A stretch of DNA of 64,000 bases. It comes from Gammaproteobacteria bacterium GWE2_42_36 (GTDB taxonomy: Bacteria > Pseudomonadota > Gammaproteobacteria > UBA12402). Below are positions 28,536 through 39,345 of the stretch, piece by piece; the stretch's first letter is position 1; each line of letters opens with the position of its first letter. The notes under the pieces were generated by a model, which saw only the letters and a list, made by a program, of their open reading frames with translations, was not told the DNA's origin and searched no databases. The stretch covers positions 3,054 through 67,053 of the forward strand of contig MGXH01000002.1 in NCBI GenBank assembly GCA_001801305.1, given 5' to 3'. A program made the position numbers and the translations under genes.

Positions 28536-29243
28536 GTGACTATCAAAATAGATGAGATTATTTGTTCTCGAAGAAAAACATTGGCGTTGCAAATCAATAG
28601 CGAAGGCAAGCTGATTGTTCGAGCGCCATATCGCATGCATCAATCCTTTATTGAACAATTTATTTCTCAAAAGAAAGAGTGGATTTTAGCCAAACAAGCG
28701 CAAGCGATAACTCGTCATCAATCGCGACAGACCCTTAAACATCGTTATTTGCCGGGTGAGAAATTTCGATTTTTAGGTCATGATTATCCTTTATGTCTGG
28801 TTGTCGCATCGAAAGAAGGTAAAACGAGGCTGGCTAAAAAGCTCAGGCTTTGCGATCAAGGATTTTTGATGCTTGAACAATATCAGCATCAAGCAAAAAA
28901 GTTATTTGTCGAATGGTATCAAAATGAAGCGCAGGTTTTTTTTGAAAACCAAGTGAAAGCGTATGCTGAAAAGCATCAATTGACTTATCGAGAGATTAAA
29001 GTCGGTCATGCGCGCAAACGATGGGGATCATGCAGTAGCCAAAAGAATTTGAATTTCAGTTGGCGATTAATGATGGCGCCAATCGAAGTGATTGACTATG
29101 TTATTGTGCACGAATTGGCGCATTTGGCGCATTTAAATCATTCAGCGGCATTTTGGTATCAGGTGAAACAGATGATGCCCGATTACGCCGTCCATAGGCA
29201 GTGGTTGAAGTCTTATGGGCATCAGCTGGAATTGTTGGAGTAA
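28536..29243 (+). CDS. YgjP/DUF45-family metal-dependent hydrolase (HExxH)
   Basis: SRRKTL, VRAP, RWGSCS, DYVIVHELAHL..NHS..FW. Confidence 0.88.
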   Translation: MTIKIDEIICSRRKTLALQINSEGKLIVRAPYRMHQSFIEQFISQKKEWILAKQAQAITRHQSRQTLKHRYLPGEKFRFLGHDYPLCLVVASKEGKTRLAKKLRLCDQGFLMLEQYQHQAKKLFVEWYQNEAQVFFENQVKAYAEKHQLTYREIKVGHARKRWGSCSSQKNLNFSWRLMMAPIEVIDYVIVHELAHLAHLNHSAAFWYQVKQMMPDYAVHRQWLKSYGHQLELLE

Positions 29244-29336
29244 ATGAGTCTTGCAAGCGAATGAAGGAAAAATAGTGCATTTTTCGTGAGAACTCCAAGC
29301 GCATTGTCAAAACGCGTGCTATCTTAATTGAATTCG

Positions 29337-29437
29337 GCTAAGATGCCGCCCGCGATTCTCGATTCCTCATCGCGCAAGGAATAATCTTATACCGTTTTTT
29401 GATGTGATTTTTAGCGTGGGAATTGCTAAGATGCCGC
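29337..29437 (+). promoter_or_regulatory. 13-bp direct repeat upstream of typA (possible tandem -10 + GC-rich discriminator)
   Basis: GCTAAGATGCCGC at 29337-29349 and 29425-29437, each closely preceded by GAATT. Confidence 0.5.
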
Positions 29438-29494
29438 GCTTTGTAAATTATAGATACAGGCACGAAACTGAATCGAATTAAAGAGAGAAATAAT

Positions 29495-31321
29495 ATGATG
29501 CAACGTGAGCTTCGAAATATTGCGATTATCGCACATGTCGACCATGGCAAAACCACGCTGGTTGATAAATTATTACAACAATCCGGTACTTTCCATCAAC
29601 GTGCCCAGTTAGGCGAGCGCATCATGGACTCTAACGATTTAGAGCGTGAACGCGGTATTACGATTTTAGCGAAAAACACCGCCATCGAATGGAAAGGATT
29701 TCATATCAATATCGTTGACACACCAGGACATGCGGATTTTGGTGGTGAGGTCGAACGTATTTTATCGATGGTTGATTCTGTCTTATTGTTGGTTGATGCG
29801 GTAGATGGTCCTATGCCACAAACTCGTTTTGTGACGCAAAAAGCCTTTGCGCAGGGACTGAATCCTATTGTCGTGATTAATAAAGTGGACCGAGCCGAAG
29901 CACGTCCGGAATGGGTGGTAAACCAGGTTTTCGAATTATTTGATCGACTCGGCGCGACGGATAAGCAGCTCGATTTTCCCGTTATTTACACTTCAGCTAT
30001 TCAAGGTTATGCGACGTTGGATTTAAATGAGCCTTCGACCGATATGTCATCGCTTTTTAATATGATTATTGATCGGGTACCGCCCCCTGATGTTGATCTG
30101 AATGCGCCATTTCAAATGCAAATCAGCTCATTGGATTATTCCAGTTATGTGGGCTCTATTGGTATTGGTCGTATTAAACGTGGCATTGCGAAAGCCAATA
30201 TGTTGGTCACATTAATTGATCGCGATGGACAAACCAGAAAAGGAAGAATTTTACAAGTTTTCAGTCACTTAGGGTTGGAACGTCAAGAAGTTCCAGAGGC
30301 GTATGCAGGGGATATTATTGCGATTACCGGCATTGCTGATTTGAAAATTTCTGATACGTTGTGTGATCCGGGACAGGTCGTTGCGCTGCCGGCATTGACG
30401 GTCGATGAACCCACTGTGATGATGACTTTTCAGGTGAACACTTCTCCGTTTGCAGGGAAAGAAGGGAAATTTTTAACCAGTCGCCATTTGGGTGCACGAT
30501 TAGAGCGAGAGTTAATTCATAACGTGGCTTTGCGCGTTGAGAATACCGAAGATCCCGATAAATTTCGCGTATCGGGTCGAGGCGAATTGCATTTATCCAT
30601 TTTACTAGAAAATATGCGTCGGGAAGGCTATGAACTTGCCGTGTCACGTCCGGAAATTATTACGAAAATGATTGACGGGCGTTTATGTGAGCCTTATGAA
30701 GTCGTGACGATCGATATTGAAAATGCCAATCAGGGCGTGATCATGGAAGCGATGGGTATGCGTCGAGCAAAATTACAAGATATGCTTCCTGATAATAAAG
30801 GCAGAATTCGACTTGATTACCTGGTGGCCAGCCGTGCGCTCATTGGTTTTCATACGGATTTTCTAACGATGACATCAGGAACAGGGCTTATGTATCAAGC
30901 CTTTGATCATTTCGGCCCGCTCGATGAGCAACCACGTCATAAGCGTCCGAATGGGGTTTTAATTTCTAATGCCGCTGGAAAAGCGACCGGTTTTGCCCTG
31001 TTTAATTTGCAGGAACGAGGACGTATGATGATTGGTCCGCAAACCGAAGTGTATGAGGGCATGATCGTGGGTATTCATGCGCGGGATAATGATTTGGTCA
31101 TCAACATCACGAAGGAAAAACATTTAACCAATATTCGAGCAGCGGGTTCTGATGAAAATATTATTTTGGTGCCGCCAATTAAACTAAGCTTAGAACAAGC
31201 CCTCGATTTTATTGAGGACGATGAATTGGTCGAAATCACACCAAAACATATTCGATTACGAAAGAAAATGTTGATAGAATCAGATCGTCGCCGAGCCGGA
31301 AGAGAATCGAAAGAGGGGTAG
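29495..31321 (+). CDS. typA: Translational GTPase TypA/BipA
   Basis: [40 protein letters not shown]-terminal HLTNIRAAG. Confidence 0.98.
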   Translation: MMQRELRNIAIIAHVDHGKTTLVDKLLQQSGTFHQRAQLGERIMDSNDLERERGITILAKNTAIEWKGFHINIVDTPGHADFGGEVERILSMVDSVLLLVDAVDGPMPQTRFVTQKAFAQGLNPIVVINKVDRAEARPEWVVNQVFELFDRLGATDKQLDFPVIYTSAIQGYATLDLNEPSTDMSSLFNMIIDRVPPPDVDLNAPFQMQISSLDYSSYVGSIGIGRIKRGIAKANMLVTLIDRDGQTRKGRILQVFSHLGLERQEVPEAYAGDIIAITGIADLKISDTLCDPGQVVALPALTVDEPTVMMTFQVNTSPFAGKEGKFLTSRHLGARLERELIHNVALRVENTEDPDKFRVSGRGELHLSILLENMRREGYELAVSRPEIITKMIDGRLCEPYEVVTIDIENANQGVIMEAMGMRRAKLQDMLPDNKGRIRLDYLVASRALIGFHTDFLTMTSGTGLMYQAFDHFGPLDEQPRHKRPNGVLISNAAGKATGFALFNLQERGRMMIGPQTEVYEGMIVGIHARDNDLVINITKEKHLTNIRAAGSDENIILVPPIKLSLEQALDFIEDDELVEITPKHIRLRKKMLIESDRRRAGRESKEG

Positions 31322-31526
31322 CAGGAAAGGATGGAGTGGTCGCGTGTTACTTTGCGATGATTCTTGCGGGCATTATAACAAGATGCTCCTACGAGTTTTC
31401 GCACGTTTAGCGCCCCTTGTGAACATCCGGATGGGGAGAGGGTTTTCATGGGAATGAGACACAAATCAGATGTCTGTTCTTGTGAGCATGGCGTGTCCTT
31501 ATGCGATTTAACAAGGAGAAATAACA

Positions 31527-32906
31527 ATGCCATTAAGTGTTTTTGATTTGTTTTCAATAGGCATCGGCCCGTCTAGCTCGCACACCATGGGTCCCATGAG
31601 AGCGGCGCGACAATTTATGTCGACGTTAGAATCCATGAATTTACTCGATCAGGTTGAAACGATTAAAATTAAATTGTATGGTTCGCTCGCTTTTACGGGA
31701 AAAGGGCATGGTACCGATAAAGCGATTTTAATGGGATTGGAAGGACAATCGCCGGAGACGATCGATCCGGACCTGGTGACACCACGTTGTGAAGCGATCA
31801 GTGCAGAAAAAGCGATTAACCTCTTCGGGAAGAAAAAAATCCCCTTTGATCTCGAAAAATCTATGGTCTATATTTTTTCAAAAACCTTGCCGAAGCATTC
31901 CAACGGCATGCATTTTTTTGCTTATGGGAAAAAACGCGCTATTTTATTGGATAAAATTTATTATTCGATAGGCGGTGGTTTTATTATGACTGATGATCCT
32001 GTCGAAATAAAAATCCGCAAAAACATATCTCGACAAAAATACCCTTTTAACAAGGCCAAAGAACTATTTTCCTGGTGCCAAAAACAGGGATTGCGACCTT
32101 ATCAGGTGATTTTAGAAAACGAAAAAGTATCTCGAACGGAAAAGGAAATTTATGCGCAAGTGGAGCAGATTACACAAATTATGCATCAAGCGATCGAAAG
32201 GGGCTGTCATCGAAGCGGTATTTTGCCCGGTGGATTAAATGTTAAGCGCCGCGCACCGGAATTGTATAAAAAATTGTCTGCAATGAATTTAGAAATGACG
32301 GATCGAGAAACGAGTAGTATTGCCTGGATTCAAGCGTATGCGTTTGCGGTCAGCGAAGAAAATGCTGCGGGTGGGCGAGTTGTGACAGCTCCCACGAATG
32401 GATCTGCCGGCATTATCCCCGCTGTTTTGGAGTATTATAAAAAAAGCCATCCCACCGAAGCGACTGTTGAAAAAATTGTCGAATTTTTATTAACAGCCGG
32501 CGCGATTGGGATTCTTTATAAAACAGGTGCCTCGATTTCTGGTGCAGAAGTCGGCTGTCAGGGTGAAGTGGGGGTTGCCTGTTCGATGGCGGCGGGCGCT
32601 TTGACAGCGGTTTTAGGCGGCGATATTAAGCAAATCGAAAAAGCGGCTGAAATTGCGATGGAACACCATTTGGGATTAACATGTGATCCGGTCAAAGGAC
32701 TTGTGCAAATTCCCTGTATCGAGCGTAATGCCATTGCGGCTGTGACCGCCGTTAGTGCCGCAAAATTAACGTTGCTAGAATCCGGTGAACATCTTGTGTC
32801 ATTGGATGATGTGATTGCGACGATGAAACAGACCGGTCATGATATGCAAACAAAATATAAAGAAACGTCACAAGGTGGGTTGGCGGTCAATTTTACGGCG
32901 TGCTGA
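31527..32906 (+). CDS. sdaA: L-serine ammonia-lyase, Fe-S type, single chain
   Basis: [48 protein letters not shown]. Confidence 0.95.
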   Translation: MPLSVFDLFSIGIGPSSSHTMGPMRAARQFMSTLESMNLLDQVETIKIKLYGSLAFTGKGHGTDKAILMGLEGQSPETIDPDLVTPRCEAISAEKAINLFGKKKIPFDLEKSMVYIFSKTLPKHSNGMHFFAYGKKRAILLDKIYYSIGGGFIMTDDPVEIKIRKNISRQKYPFNKAKELFSWCQKQGLRPYQVILENEKVSRTEKEIYAQVEQITQIMHQAIERGCHRSGILPGGLNVKRRAPELYKKLSAMNLEMTDRETSSIAWIQAYAFAVSEENAAGGRVVTAPTNGSAGIIPAVLEYYKKSHPTEATVEKIVEFLLTAGAIGILYKTGASISGAEVGCQGEVGVACSMAAGALTAVLGGDIKQIEKAAEIAMEHHLGLTCDPVKGLVQIPCIERNAIAAVTAVSAAKLTLLESGEHLVSLDDVIATMKQTGHDMQTKYKETSQGGLAVNFTAC

Positions 32907-33032
32907 TTGGGCTTGTGTGAAAAGCGATCTGCTTTGTTATCTTCCTCGCTCGCCATGCTCATGCTATATTTAATACACTCCGCTGGCTCGCTTGTCGATG
33001 CCTCTCATCTCATCTTTTCACACAAGCCCAAT
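32906..33032. repeat. 127-bp palindromic element with 19-bp perfect terminal inverted repeats (RPE/MITE-like)
   Basis: Arms are ATTGGGCTTGTGTGAAAAG (32906-32924) and CTTTTCACACAAGCCCAAT (33014-33032). There is an inner GCCATGCTCATG..TACACTCCGCTGGC hairpin. Confidence 0.85.
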
Positions 33033-33217
33033 AGACATCAAGAATCGCGAGGATGAACGGGGTTGTGTCGTTACGCGACGATGTTTTTATTATTTTGCAA
33101 CCAATAACAATCTCTTACCGAAAAATGGTGCGTTTGTTTGCAGCCCAATGCTTCTCCCGAATTTGCGTTAAGCGCTCTAAGTAGAGCGCCATTGCCATCA
33201 GCTTGTAGAGATTCGTT

Positions 33218-33568
33218 TTAAACGAGGCGAGCCGCAGTAGCTAGTGCTTTTGCAAGGGGTGCTTTATCGTGATCTTTACCATGCGTAAAAAAAGTTGTAA
33301 AAAACCTATTCACAGGATTATTGCTGCGCATCGCACATGACGCTATAGTAGCAGTCGCAACTGTTGAGGCAGCACCGAAGGCGGTTACAGCACCAGAAAG
33401 CGCTTTTGTTGAAATAGGCTGATCGTCCAAAAATGACAACACACAGAGCACCGCACCATACGCTGTACCAAGCCCATTGAGTACAGTTAAAGAAACGAAA
33501 GCAGTTGCAAGAAAAAGATCAACATTCTTACCTGGGCAATGGCATTTACCATCATTTTCGTTTTGCAT
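33218..33568 (-). CDS. Small hypothetical membrane protein (two hydrophobic segments)
   Basis: GCAGGAG RBS before ATG 33568; hydrophobic helices followed by NRFFTTFF. No family recognised. Confidence 0.6.
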   Translation of the reverse strand: MQNENDGKCHCPGKNVDLFLATAFVSLTVLNGLGTAYGAVLCVLSFLDDQPISTKALSGAVTAFGAASTVATATIASCAMRSNNPVNRFFTTFFTHGKDHDKAPLAKALATAARLV

Positions 33569-33736
33569 ATTCAATTACTCCTGCATTATTATTTGAAAGT
33601 ATATAAATGGTAGACTACAAAAAATCATTTCGCCAAAAATTTCGAGAAAAACATTGGGTGTTTCTTTATTACCCGAACGTAAGGTGCTTTGATATCCACC
33701 GCGTACACAATCCATTCGCTCACCCCTCAACGTTTC

Positions 33737-34405
33737 TTATGCACTGACAAACGTCGAATGCGATAGCCAATTTTGATCGGGATAATACGCTAAAATAATC
33801 GAATTATCTTTGATGGTTTGGATAATAGGTTGGCTCTCTGTCTCGCTTAAAGCAGGGCATCCCCAACTACGTCCTAATCGCCCATGTTGCTGTAAAAAGG
33901 AGGGATCAACATACCAAGCGGGATGAATCACCACCGTTCTTTTGTAAAGATTGTCATTCACGCCTTTTTCTAAGCCATATAATCGCAAAGAATACCCATG
34001 CTTACCCATGTAGGTATCTCCCGTTAAATACACGCCTAGGCTTGATGCGTCGCTGCTTGCTTGATTAGAAAAATGAGAGGCATAGACATCGCCGCTGCTT
34101 TTCCCATGTGCGACATAAGTATCAAATAACACTTTACTGTTATCGAGATCTATGACAAAAAATCGTTTTTCAAAGGATGGCTTAGAATAATCAATGATCG
34201 TTAAAACGTCTTTAACGGGTATGCCTTCTTCTTTGGCATGATTAAATGCAGCAAGACCTAACGTTAAAATATTTTTCTGTAGATTAGGGGCTTGTTGTAA
34301 AATTTGGTTAATGTGGGGGGCAGGTGCACTTGCTGTATTCTGTGCTTGGACGGCTAGACTACTGGTAAGTAAAAGCGCTAATAGCCATATTTTTTTTAAT
34401 ATCAT
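33737..34405 (-). CDS. Murein L,D-transpeptidase catalytic-domain protein (YkuD_2-like)
   Basis: Signal peptide, LTIIDYSKPS..KR, VAHGKSSG, SSLG.YLT, VIHPAWYV, GRSWGCPA (His/Cys catalytic). Confidence 0.88.
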   Translation of the reverse strand: MILKKIWLLALLLTSSLAVQAQNTASAPAPHINQILQQAPNLQKNILTLGLAAFNHAKEEGIPVKDVLTIIDYSKPSFEKRFFVIDLDNSKVLFDTYVAHGKSSGDVYASHFSNQASSDASSLGVYLTGDTYMGKHGYSLRLYGLEKGVNDNLYKRTVVIHPAWYVDPSFLQQHGRLGRSWGCPALSETESQPIIQTIKDNSIILAYYPDQNWLSHSTFVSA

Positions 34406-34557
34406 TCTGGATCCTTTTATCTTAGAGGTTGCTTGTTTTTTATACATATCAAACAGTATAGACGAGATTTTAAAAAATGCCGCAGGAATTTATTGACGAT
34501 TAAGCTTTCAGTCGCTAAGGTGCATGTTCGGTGAAAACTTAACGATAGAAAATCACG

Positions 34558-35844
34558 ATGGATTTTACAGAACACGACACACGCAATACCCCTACGAGGA
34601 CTTTTCATCCTTTGCAGTTTGCCATGATTACCGTCATCATGGTGTTGTTAATTACCTTAAGTATTAGTTATTTGGCTAAACCGCAAGCGCCACCGCCCGC
34701 AGTTCCTCAACCTATTCTTGTACCCCCTCAGGCTGCAGTGCCTTGGACGATTGATAGACTGGCGCATGGGGAAACGCTACAGGCATTTTTTAAACGATTA
34801 AATATTGACGCAGCGACATATCAATCGATTATTATTTTACCTGCTGTCAAAAATGCTGAACGAACTTTTCGACCTGATCGCGATGCTTATTTTTTGTTTA
34901 ATGCACAGCATCAACTCGAACGATTTGTTTATCCCATTGATACCGAGCATCATCTGGAAGTAACCCGTATCAATAATCAATATCGCGCCGAAGTGACGAC
35001 TATTCCATTGACCCCAAAATTAATTACTGTTCGGGGAAGTATCCAAACTTCTTTAGCGACTGCCTTGCGACAAGCGGGCATTTCAAATGCATTAGCCAAT
35101 AATTTTATCAATGCGTTTAATTGGGATGCGGGATTTGCTCGACAACTTCAGCGTGGAGATCGATTTGCATTAGTGTATGATGACTTTTATGCAAATGGCA
35201 CGAAGGTTAAGACAGGGCCGATACTGGCTGCTGAATTAACGGCGCCTAATAATGTGTATCGCGTCATCGGTTATCAAGATGCCAGTGGTCAAATTAACTA
35301 CTACACCCCGAATGGCGCTAGTTTAAAAAAAGCTTTTTTACGAGCCCCGCTGCATTATAAATATATTAGCTCTCCCTTTACTTATCATCGTTATCATCCT
35401 TTATTGCATATTGTCCGGCCGCATTTAGGGGTTGATTTTGCTGCGCCGACCGGCACGCCGATTTATGCGGCATCAGATGGACGAATTGCTTTTAGAGGTC
35501 GTCATGGCGGGTATGGTAACGTGATCATGATTCAACATCCGCACGGCATATCGACCGTTTATGCGCATCTTTCAGATTTCGCGTCCCAATTCCATTTAGG
35601 TAGTTATGTCAAAGAAGGACAAACCATTGGTTATGTCGGTGAAACAGGGCTCGCAACTGGTTCACACTTACATTATGAATTTCGTATCGGCGGCGTGCCC
35701 CATAATCCGATGACGGTGCAATTGCCAACGGCTAATCCGATTACTCAGAGAGAAATGCCGGCCTTTTCTGGTTATGTGAAACGCATGATCGATCTGATGG
35801 ATCAATCGCAACAAACAGCAACAACAATAGCAAAAACAGCTTAA
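34558..35844 (+). CDS. M23 family peptidoglycan DD-endopeptidase (MepM/OapA-like)
   Basis: N-terminal TM helix, RPHLGVDFAAP (HxxxD), GGYGN, YAHLS, TGSHLHYE (HxH). Confidence 0.92.
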   Translation: MDFTEHDTRNTPTRTFHPLQFAMITVIMVLLITLSISYLAKPQAPPPAVPQPILVPPQAAVPWTIDRLAHGETLQAFFKRLNIDAATYQSIIILPAVKNAERTFRPDRDAYFLFNAQHQLERFVYPIDTEHHLEVTRINNQYRAEVTTIPLTPKLITVRGSIQTSLATALRQAGISNALANNFINAFNWDAGFARQLQRGDRFALVYDDFYANGTKVKTGPILAAELTAPNNVYRVIGYQDASGQINYYTPNGASLKKAFLRAPLHYKYISSPFTYHRYHPLLHIVRPHLGVDFAAPTGTPIYAASDGRIAFRGRHGGYGNVIMIQHPHGISTVYAHLSDFASQFHLGSYVKEGQTIGYVGETGLATGSHLHYEFRIGGVPHNPMTVQLPTANPITQREMPAFSGYVKRMIDLMDQSQQTATTIAKTA

Positions 35845-36005
35845 TTTGATCGATGGCTAGAAAAAAATAAAAAATCGAGCGGCCGTTATTATTTTCAAAT
35901 TTTTATAGCTGTCCTGTAGAAAAGCGTAGTCAGAAAAATATAATTGACTTCGTTTTAATTTATTATACAGTACGCTTTCTTTGAAACTTAATGAAGGATT
36001 ATATA

Positions 36006-36749
36006 ATGAGAAAACTAGCTTTAGTTGCTGCAGCCGCAGCTTCTTTATGTTCGCTTGCAACGTATGCCGCTGGCGTGCCAGATCAAACTTCAGCACCAAC
36101 AGCCGCACTTTCATACAGCGCGTTTGATGGTACCTACATTGGCGTTGCGGCGGGTGTTACTCATATGACCAACCAAGCGCAAATGTTTGATAATGGCGCT
36201 CTCGATTTAACAAATGTACGTAGTCATGCCGGAACCGACAGGGTGACAGGCATGTTATTTGGTGGTTATGGTTTAGCTTTTAATCAATATTACGTCGGCG
36301 GTGAACTATTTGGCCGACCCGGCATGCAAAGCAACTCTGATGTGACAGGTTCTGATGTCTCTACTATCGATGGTAGTTCGAGCAATACAAGCTTTGATAG
36401 GGTTCAGGATAAGTTTTCGTTTGGGGGTGCATTTAAAGGGGGATATGTTTTAACGCAAGATGTGATGGCTTATGCTTTGGTAGGTCCAGATGTAACAAGA
36501 TTTAAATCTACAGTTACGGATGAAATTGGCACTGTATCAACATTTACAGATACAAAAGTGGGTGTTTTAACTGGTTTAGGCGGATCAGTCGCCATAGCAT
36601 CCAATGTTTTATTAAACATGGAATATACCTATTCATTCTATAGTCCAATTAGACATCATTTCACAGATAGCGTTGATGGGGATTTAATTTCAACAAAATT
36701 AACACCTTATCGGGGCCGATTCTGGGTAGGTGCTTCTTATTTGTTTTAG
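36006..36749 (+). CDS. Outer-membrane beta-barrel protein (small porin/OmpA-like barrel)
   Basis: Signal peptide MRKLAL..TYA, FDGTYIG first strand, alternating amphipathic strands, C-terminal ASYLF. Confidence 0.82.
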   Translation: MRKLALVAAAAASLCSLATYAAGVPDQTSAPTAALSYSAFDGTYIGVAAGVTHMTNQAQMFDNGALDLTNVRSHAGTDRVTGMLFGGYGLAFNQYYVGGELFGRPGMQSNSDVTGSDVSTIDGSSSNTSFDRVQDKFSFGGAFKGGYVLTQDVMAYALVGPDVTRFKSTVTDEIGTVSTFTDTKVGVLTGLGGSVAIASNVLLNMEYTYSFYSPIRHHFTDSVDGDLISTKLTPYRGRFWVGASYLF

Positions 36750-36770
36750 TTAATAAATTATTAGTAACTC

Positions 36771-36817
36771 AAAAAACGGCTGGGCTGCAAGAGATTGCGA
36801 TCCGGCCGTTTTTTTTT
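36771..36817. terminator. Bidirectional rho-independent terminator
   Basis: A6-CGGCTGG..TGCAA-GAGA-TTGCG..CCGGCCG-T9, between the convergent OMP and GH65 genes. Confidence 0.8.
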
Positions 36818-36841
36818 GTGGTTAGAAAATTAAGTTTGTAT

Positions 36842-36868
36842 ATAAGGGACACGGCGTATCGTGCCCTT
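36842..36868. repeat. REP-like palindrome, degenerate copy
   Basis: ATAAGGGACACGGCGTATCGTGCCCTT resembles the 7624 family. Confidence 0.55.
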
Positions 36869-36879
36869 TTTTTTCGATA

Positions 36880-39204
36880 TTATTCTATTTTTGCCTGAAT
36901 CGATTGACGCGCTGGAATCGTATACTCGTGATCAAACAATATGAGCGTAATGGATTCTTTCGATTGATTTTCAATTTTAACCATTTCATTCGTCGCAGTG
37001 ATTTGTAAGAGATGATTTCTAAACATCACTTTGAAAGAAAACTGCTTCCACTGTTTGGGTATGCATGGATTGAAATGCAGGCAGTCATTTTTCACTCGCA
37101 TACCACCAAAACCTTGTACAACCGCCATCCAAGTGCCAGCCATACTGGTGATATGACAACCATCGCAGGTATCGTTATTGTAATCGTCCAGATCCAAGCG
37201 AGCAGTTCGTAAATACATTTCATACGCTTTGTCATGATAGCCGAGTTTTGTTGCTAAAATCGTGTGCACACAAGGGGACAAGGACGATTCATGCACGGTG
37301 CGCGGCTCATAGAAATCAAAATTTCTTCGAAGCGTTTCGAGATCATAACGGTCTTCAAAGAAATAGAGTCCTTGTAACACATCCGCTTGTTTAATAAAGC
37401 AAGATCGCAAAATACGATCCCATGACCATTTTTGATTGATGGGTCGTTCTTTTGGATCCAAATCTTTGACTAAGACTTGCTCCTTATCCATGTAACCTTC
37501 TTGCTGCAAGAAAATTTTCAAATTGTCCTCACAAGGGAAGTGCATGTGATCGATAATGTGTTGCCAAGCTTCCGTTTCAGTGCCTGCTTTTAATTTTGTT
37601 TGCTTCAAAATTTGTTCATATGTTTCAGGGTGACTTTTTTGAATGTCAGACAAACTTTTGATGGTGTATTCCATCGTCCAGCAAGCGATGGTATTGGTAT
37701 ACCAATTATTATTCACATTGTTTTCATATTCGTTAGGACCTGTCACACCGAGCATGACGTATTGATTTTTGGCAATCGACCAATTAACGCGTTGTGCCCA
37801 GAAACGGGAAATGCCAATCAATACTTCCAACCCGTAGTTGATTAAGTAATGCTGATCCCCGGTATATCGTGTGTAATTAAAAATAGCATAGGCAATGGCA
37901 CCATTACGATGGATTTCTTCAAACGTGATTTCCCATTCGTTATGACATTCTTCGCCATTCATCGTAACCATCGGATATAAAGCCGCGCCTGAATGAAATC
38001 CCAATTTTTTCGCATTTTCGATGGCACGATCTAGTTGTTTATAACGATACAATAGTAAATTACGCGCTACTTTTTCATCGGCCGTACTGAGATAAAAAGG
38101 AATACAATAAGCTTCCGTATCCCAATACGTACTGCCGCCATACTTTTCACCGGTAAATCCTTTAGGTCCGATGTTTAACCGTTCGTCTTCGCCGGTATAC
38201 GTTTGATTGAGCTGGAAGATATTAAATCGAATCCCTTGTTGGGCCGCAATATCGCCTTCGATAATAATATCGCTTTCTTGCCATTTTTTATCCCAAGCAG
38301 CGACTTGTTCTTGAAGTAATTTCTCAAAACCTAGTTGATAGGCCGCGTGAAGCGCTTTTTCACAAGCGACATGGAGCGCTGGTTTTTCATGATTGAGAGA
38401 GGAAACAATCGCGGCATATTTTTCAATGACGGTTTCTTGATTTTGTTTGCAGGAGACCGTGACAGTGCTGGCAATATATTTTCTTTTTTCAGTAGGAACT
38501 GGATTGAGTGACAATTTTTTGCCATTTTGTAAGATGTCAAATTGCATTCCCACGCATACGTGGAAATCGAGCTTTTTTGTTTTGACAGTAACATAACCTT
38601 CTTGCCCCTCAATCGATTGATCAAGTGCCGCCCAAAATTTCATGCGATAATTGGAATCTTCATTTTCAATATCGCCATCGATATAAGGCGTGATGGTTAA
38701 TTGACCATCAAAATTTAGTGGTTTGACGACGTAGCGAATAGCGCCGACTTCAGAGTGAGTAATGCTTAAAAAGCGAATCGTATTTACCTGGATTTCTTTT
38801 TTGCTCGGCAATACGGCAATAAATGAACGCGTCAAAACACCTTCTTTCATATTCAAAACACGTGTGAATTGCTTGATTTCACAAGTCGCTAAGTCGAGCG
38901 GCTCATCGTCGATTGATAGATTAATACCAATCCAATTAGGGGCATTGAGCACTTTGGCGAAATATTTCGGATAGCCATTTTTCCACCAGCCCACTTTGGT
39001 TTTATCTGGAAAATAAATGCCGGCAATATAGCTGCCCTGGAAAGTATCACCGCTGTATTGTTCTTCAAAATTAGCGCGTTGTCCCATCGCGCCATTACCT
39101 AAACTGCATAAGCTTTCAGTAATACGGTTATATTGCGGATAAAATTGATCTTCAATGATTTTCCATGGATCGCGGGTGATGTATTCTTTGATGAGGCTGG
39201 CCAT
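36880..39204 (-). CDS. GH65 glycoside phosphorylase (maltose phosphorylase-like)
   Basis: SLGNG.MGQRANFEE, KTKVGWWKNGYP, PKGFTGEKYGG.TYWDTE, GPNEY, KQADV, HESSLS. Confidence 0.92.
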   Translation of the reverse strand: MASLIKEYITRDPWKIIEDQFYPQYNRITESLCSLGNGAMGQRANFEEQYSGDTFQGSYIAGIYFPDKTKVGWWKNGYPKYFAKVLNAPNWIGINLSIDDEPLDLATCEIKQFTRVLNMKEGVLTRSFIAVLPSKKEIQVNTIRFLSITHSEVGAIRYVVKPLNFDGQLTITPYIDGDIENEDSNYRMKFWAALDQSIEGQEGYVTVKTKKLDFHVCVGMQFDILQNGKKLSLNPVPTEKRKYIASTVTVSCKQNQETVIEKYAAIVSSLNHEKPALHVACEKALHAAYQLGFEKLLQEQVAAWDKKWQESDIIIEGDIAAQQGIRFNIFQLNQTYTGEDERLNIGPKGFTGEKYGGSTYWDTEAYCIPFYLSTADEKVARNLLLYRYKQLDRAIENAKKLGFHSGAALYPMVTMNGEECHNEWEITFEEIHRNGAIAYAIFNYTRYTGDQHYLINYGLEVLIGISRFWAQRVNWSIAKNQYVMLGVTGPNEYENNVNNNWYTNTIACWTMEYTIKSLSDIQKSHPETYEQILKQTKLKAGTETEAWQHIIDHMHFPCEDNLKIFLQQEGYMDKEQVLVKDLDPKERPINQKWSWDRILRSCFIKQADVLQGLYFFEDRYDLETLRRNFDFYEPRTVHESSLSPCVHTILATKLGYHDKAYEMYLRTARLDLDDYNNDTCDGCHITSMAGTWMAVVQGFGGMRVKNDCLHFNPCIPKQWKQFSFKVMFRNHLLQITATNEMVKIENQSKESITLILFDHEYTIPARQSIQAKIE

Positions 39205-39345
39205 AATAGTTCCTTCATATGTTTATTTCTTTAATGGGTAAGATTTATTCTTAATTCCAAATGAATGCGCAACATATTCTCTAATGCTTAACCCATTTGG
39301 TCAAATAAAATGTGCGAAGTAGTGGTTATTGTGATTGTGGCTGTT

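Noticed and set aside
31400..31490. Glycine riboswitch call upstream of sdaA
   Set aside because: Only GGAGAG and one stem match; the CCGAAG and CTCTCAGG cores are absent. Kept only as a low-confidence leader observation.
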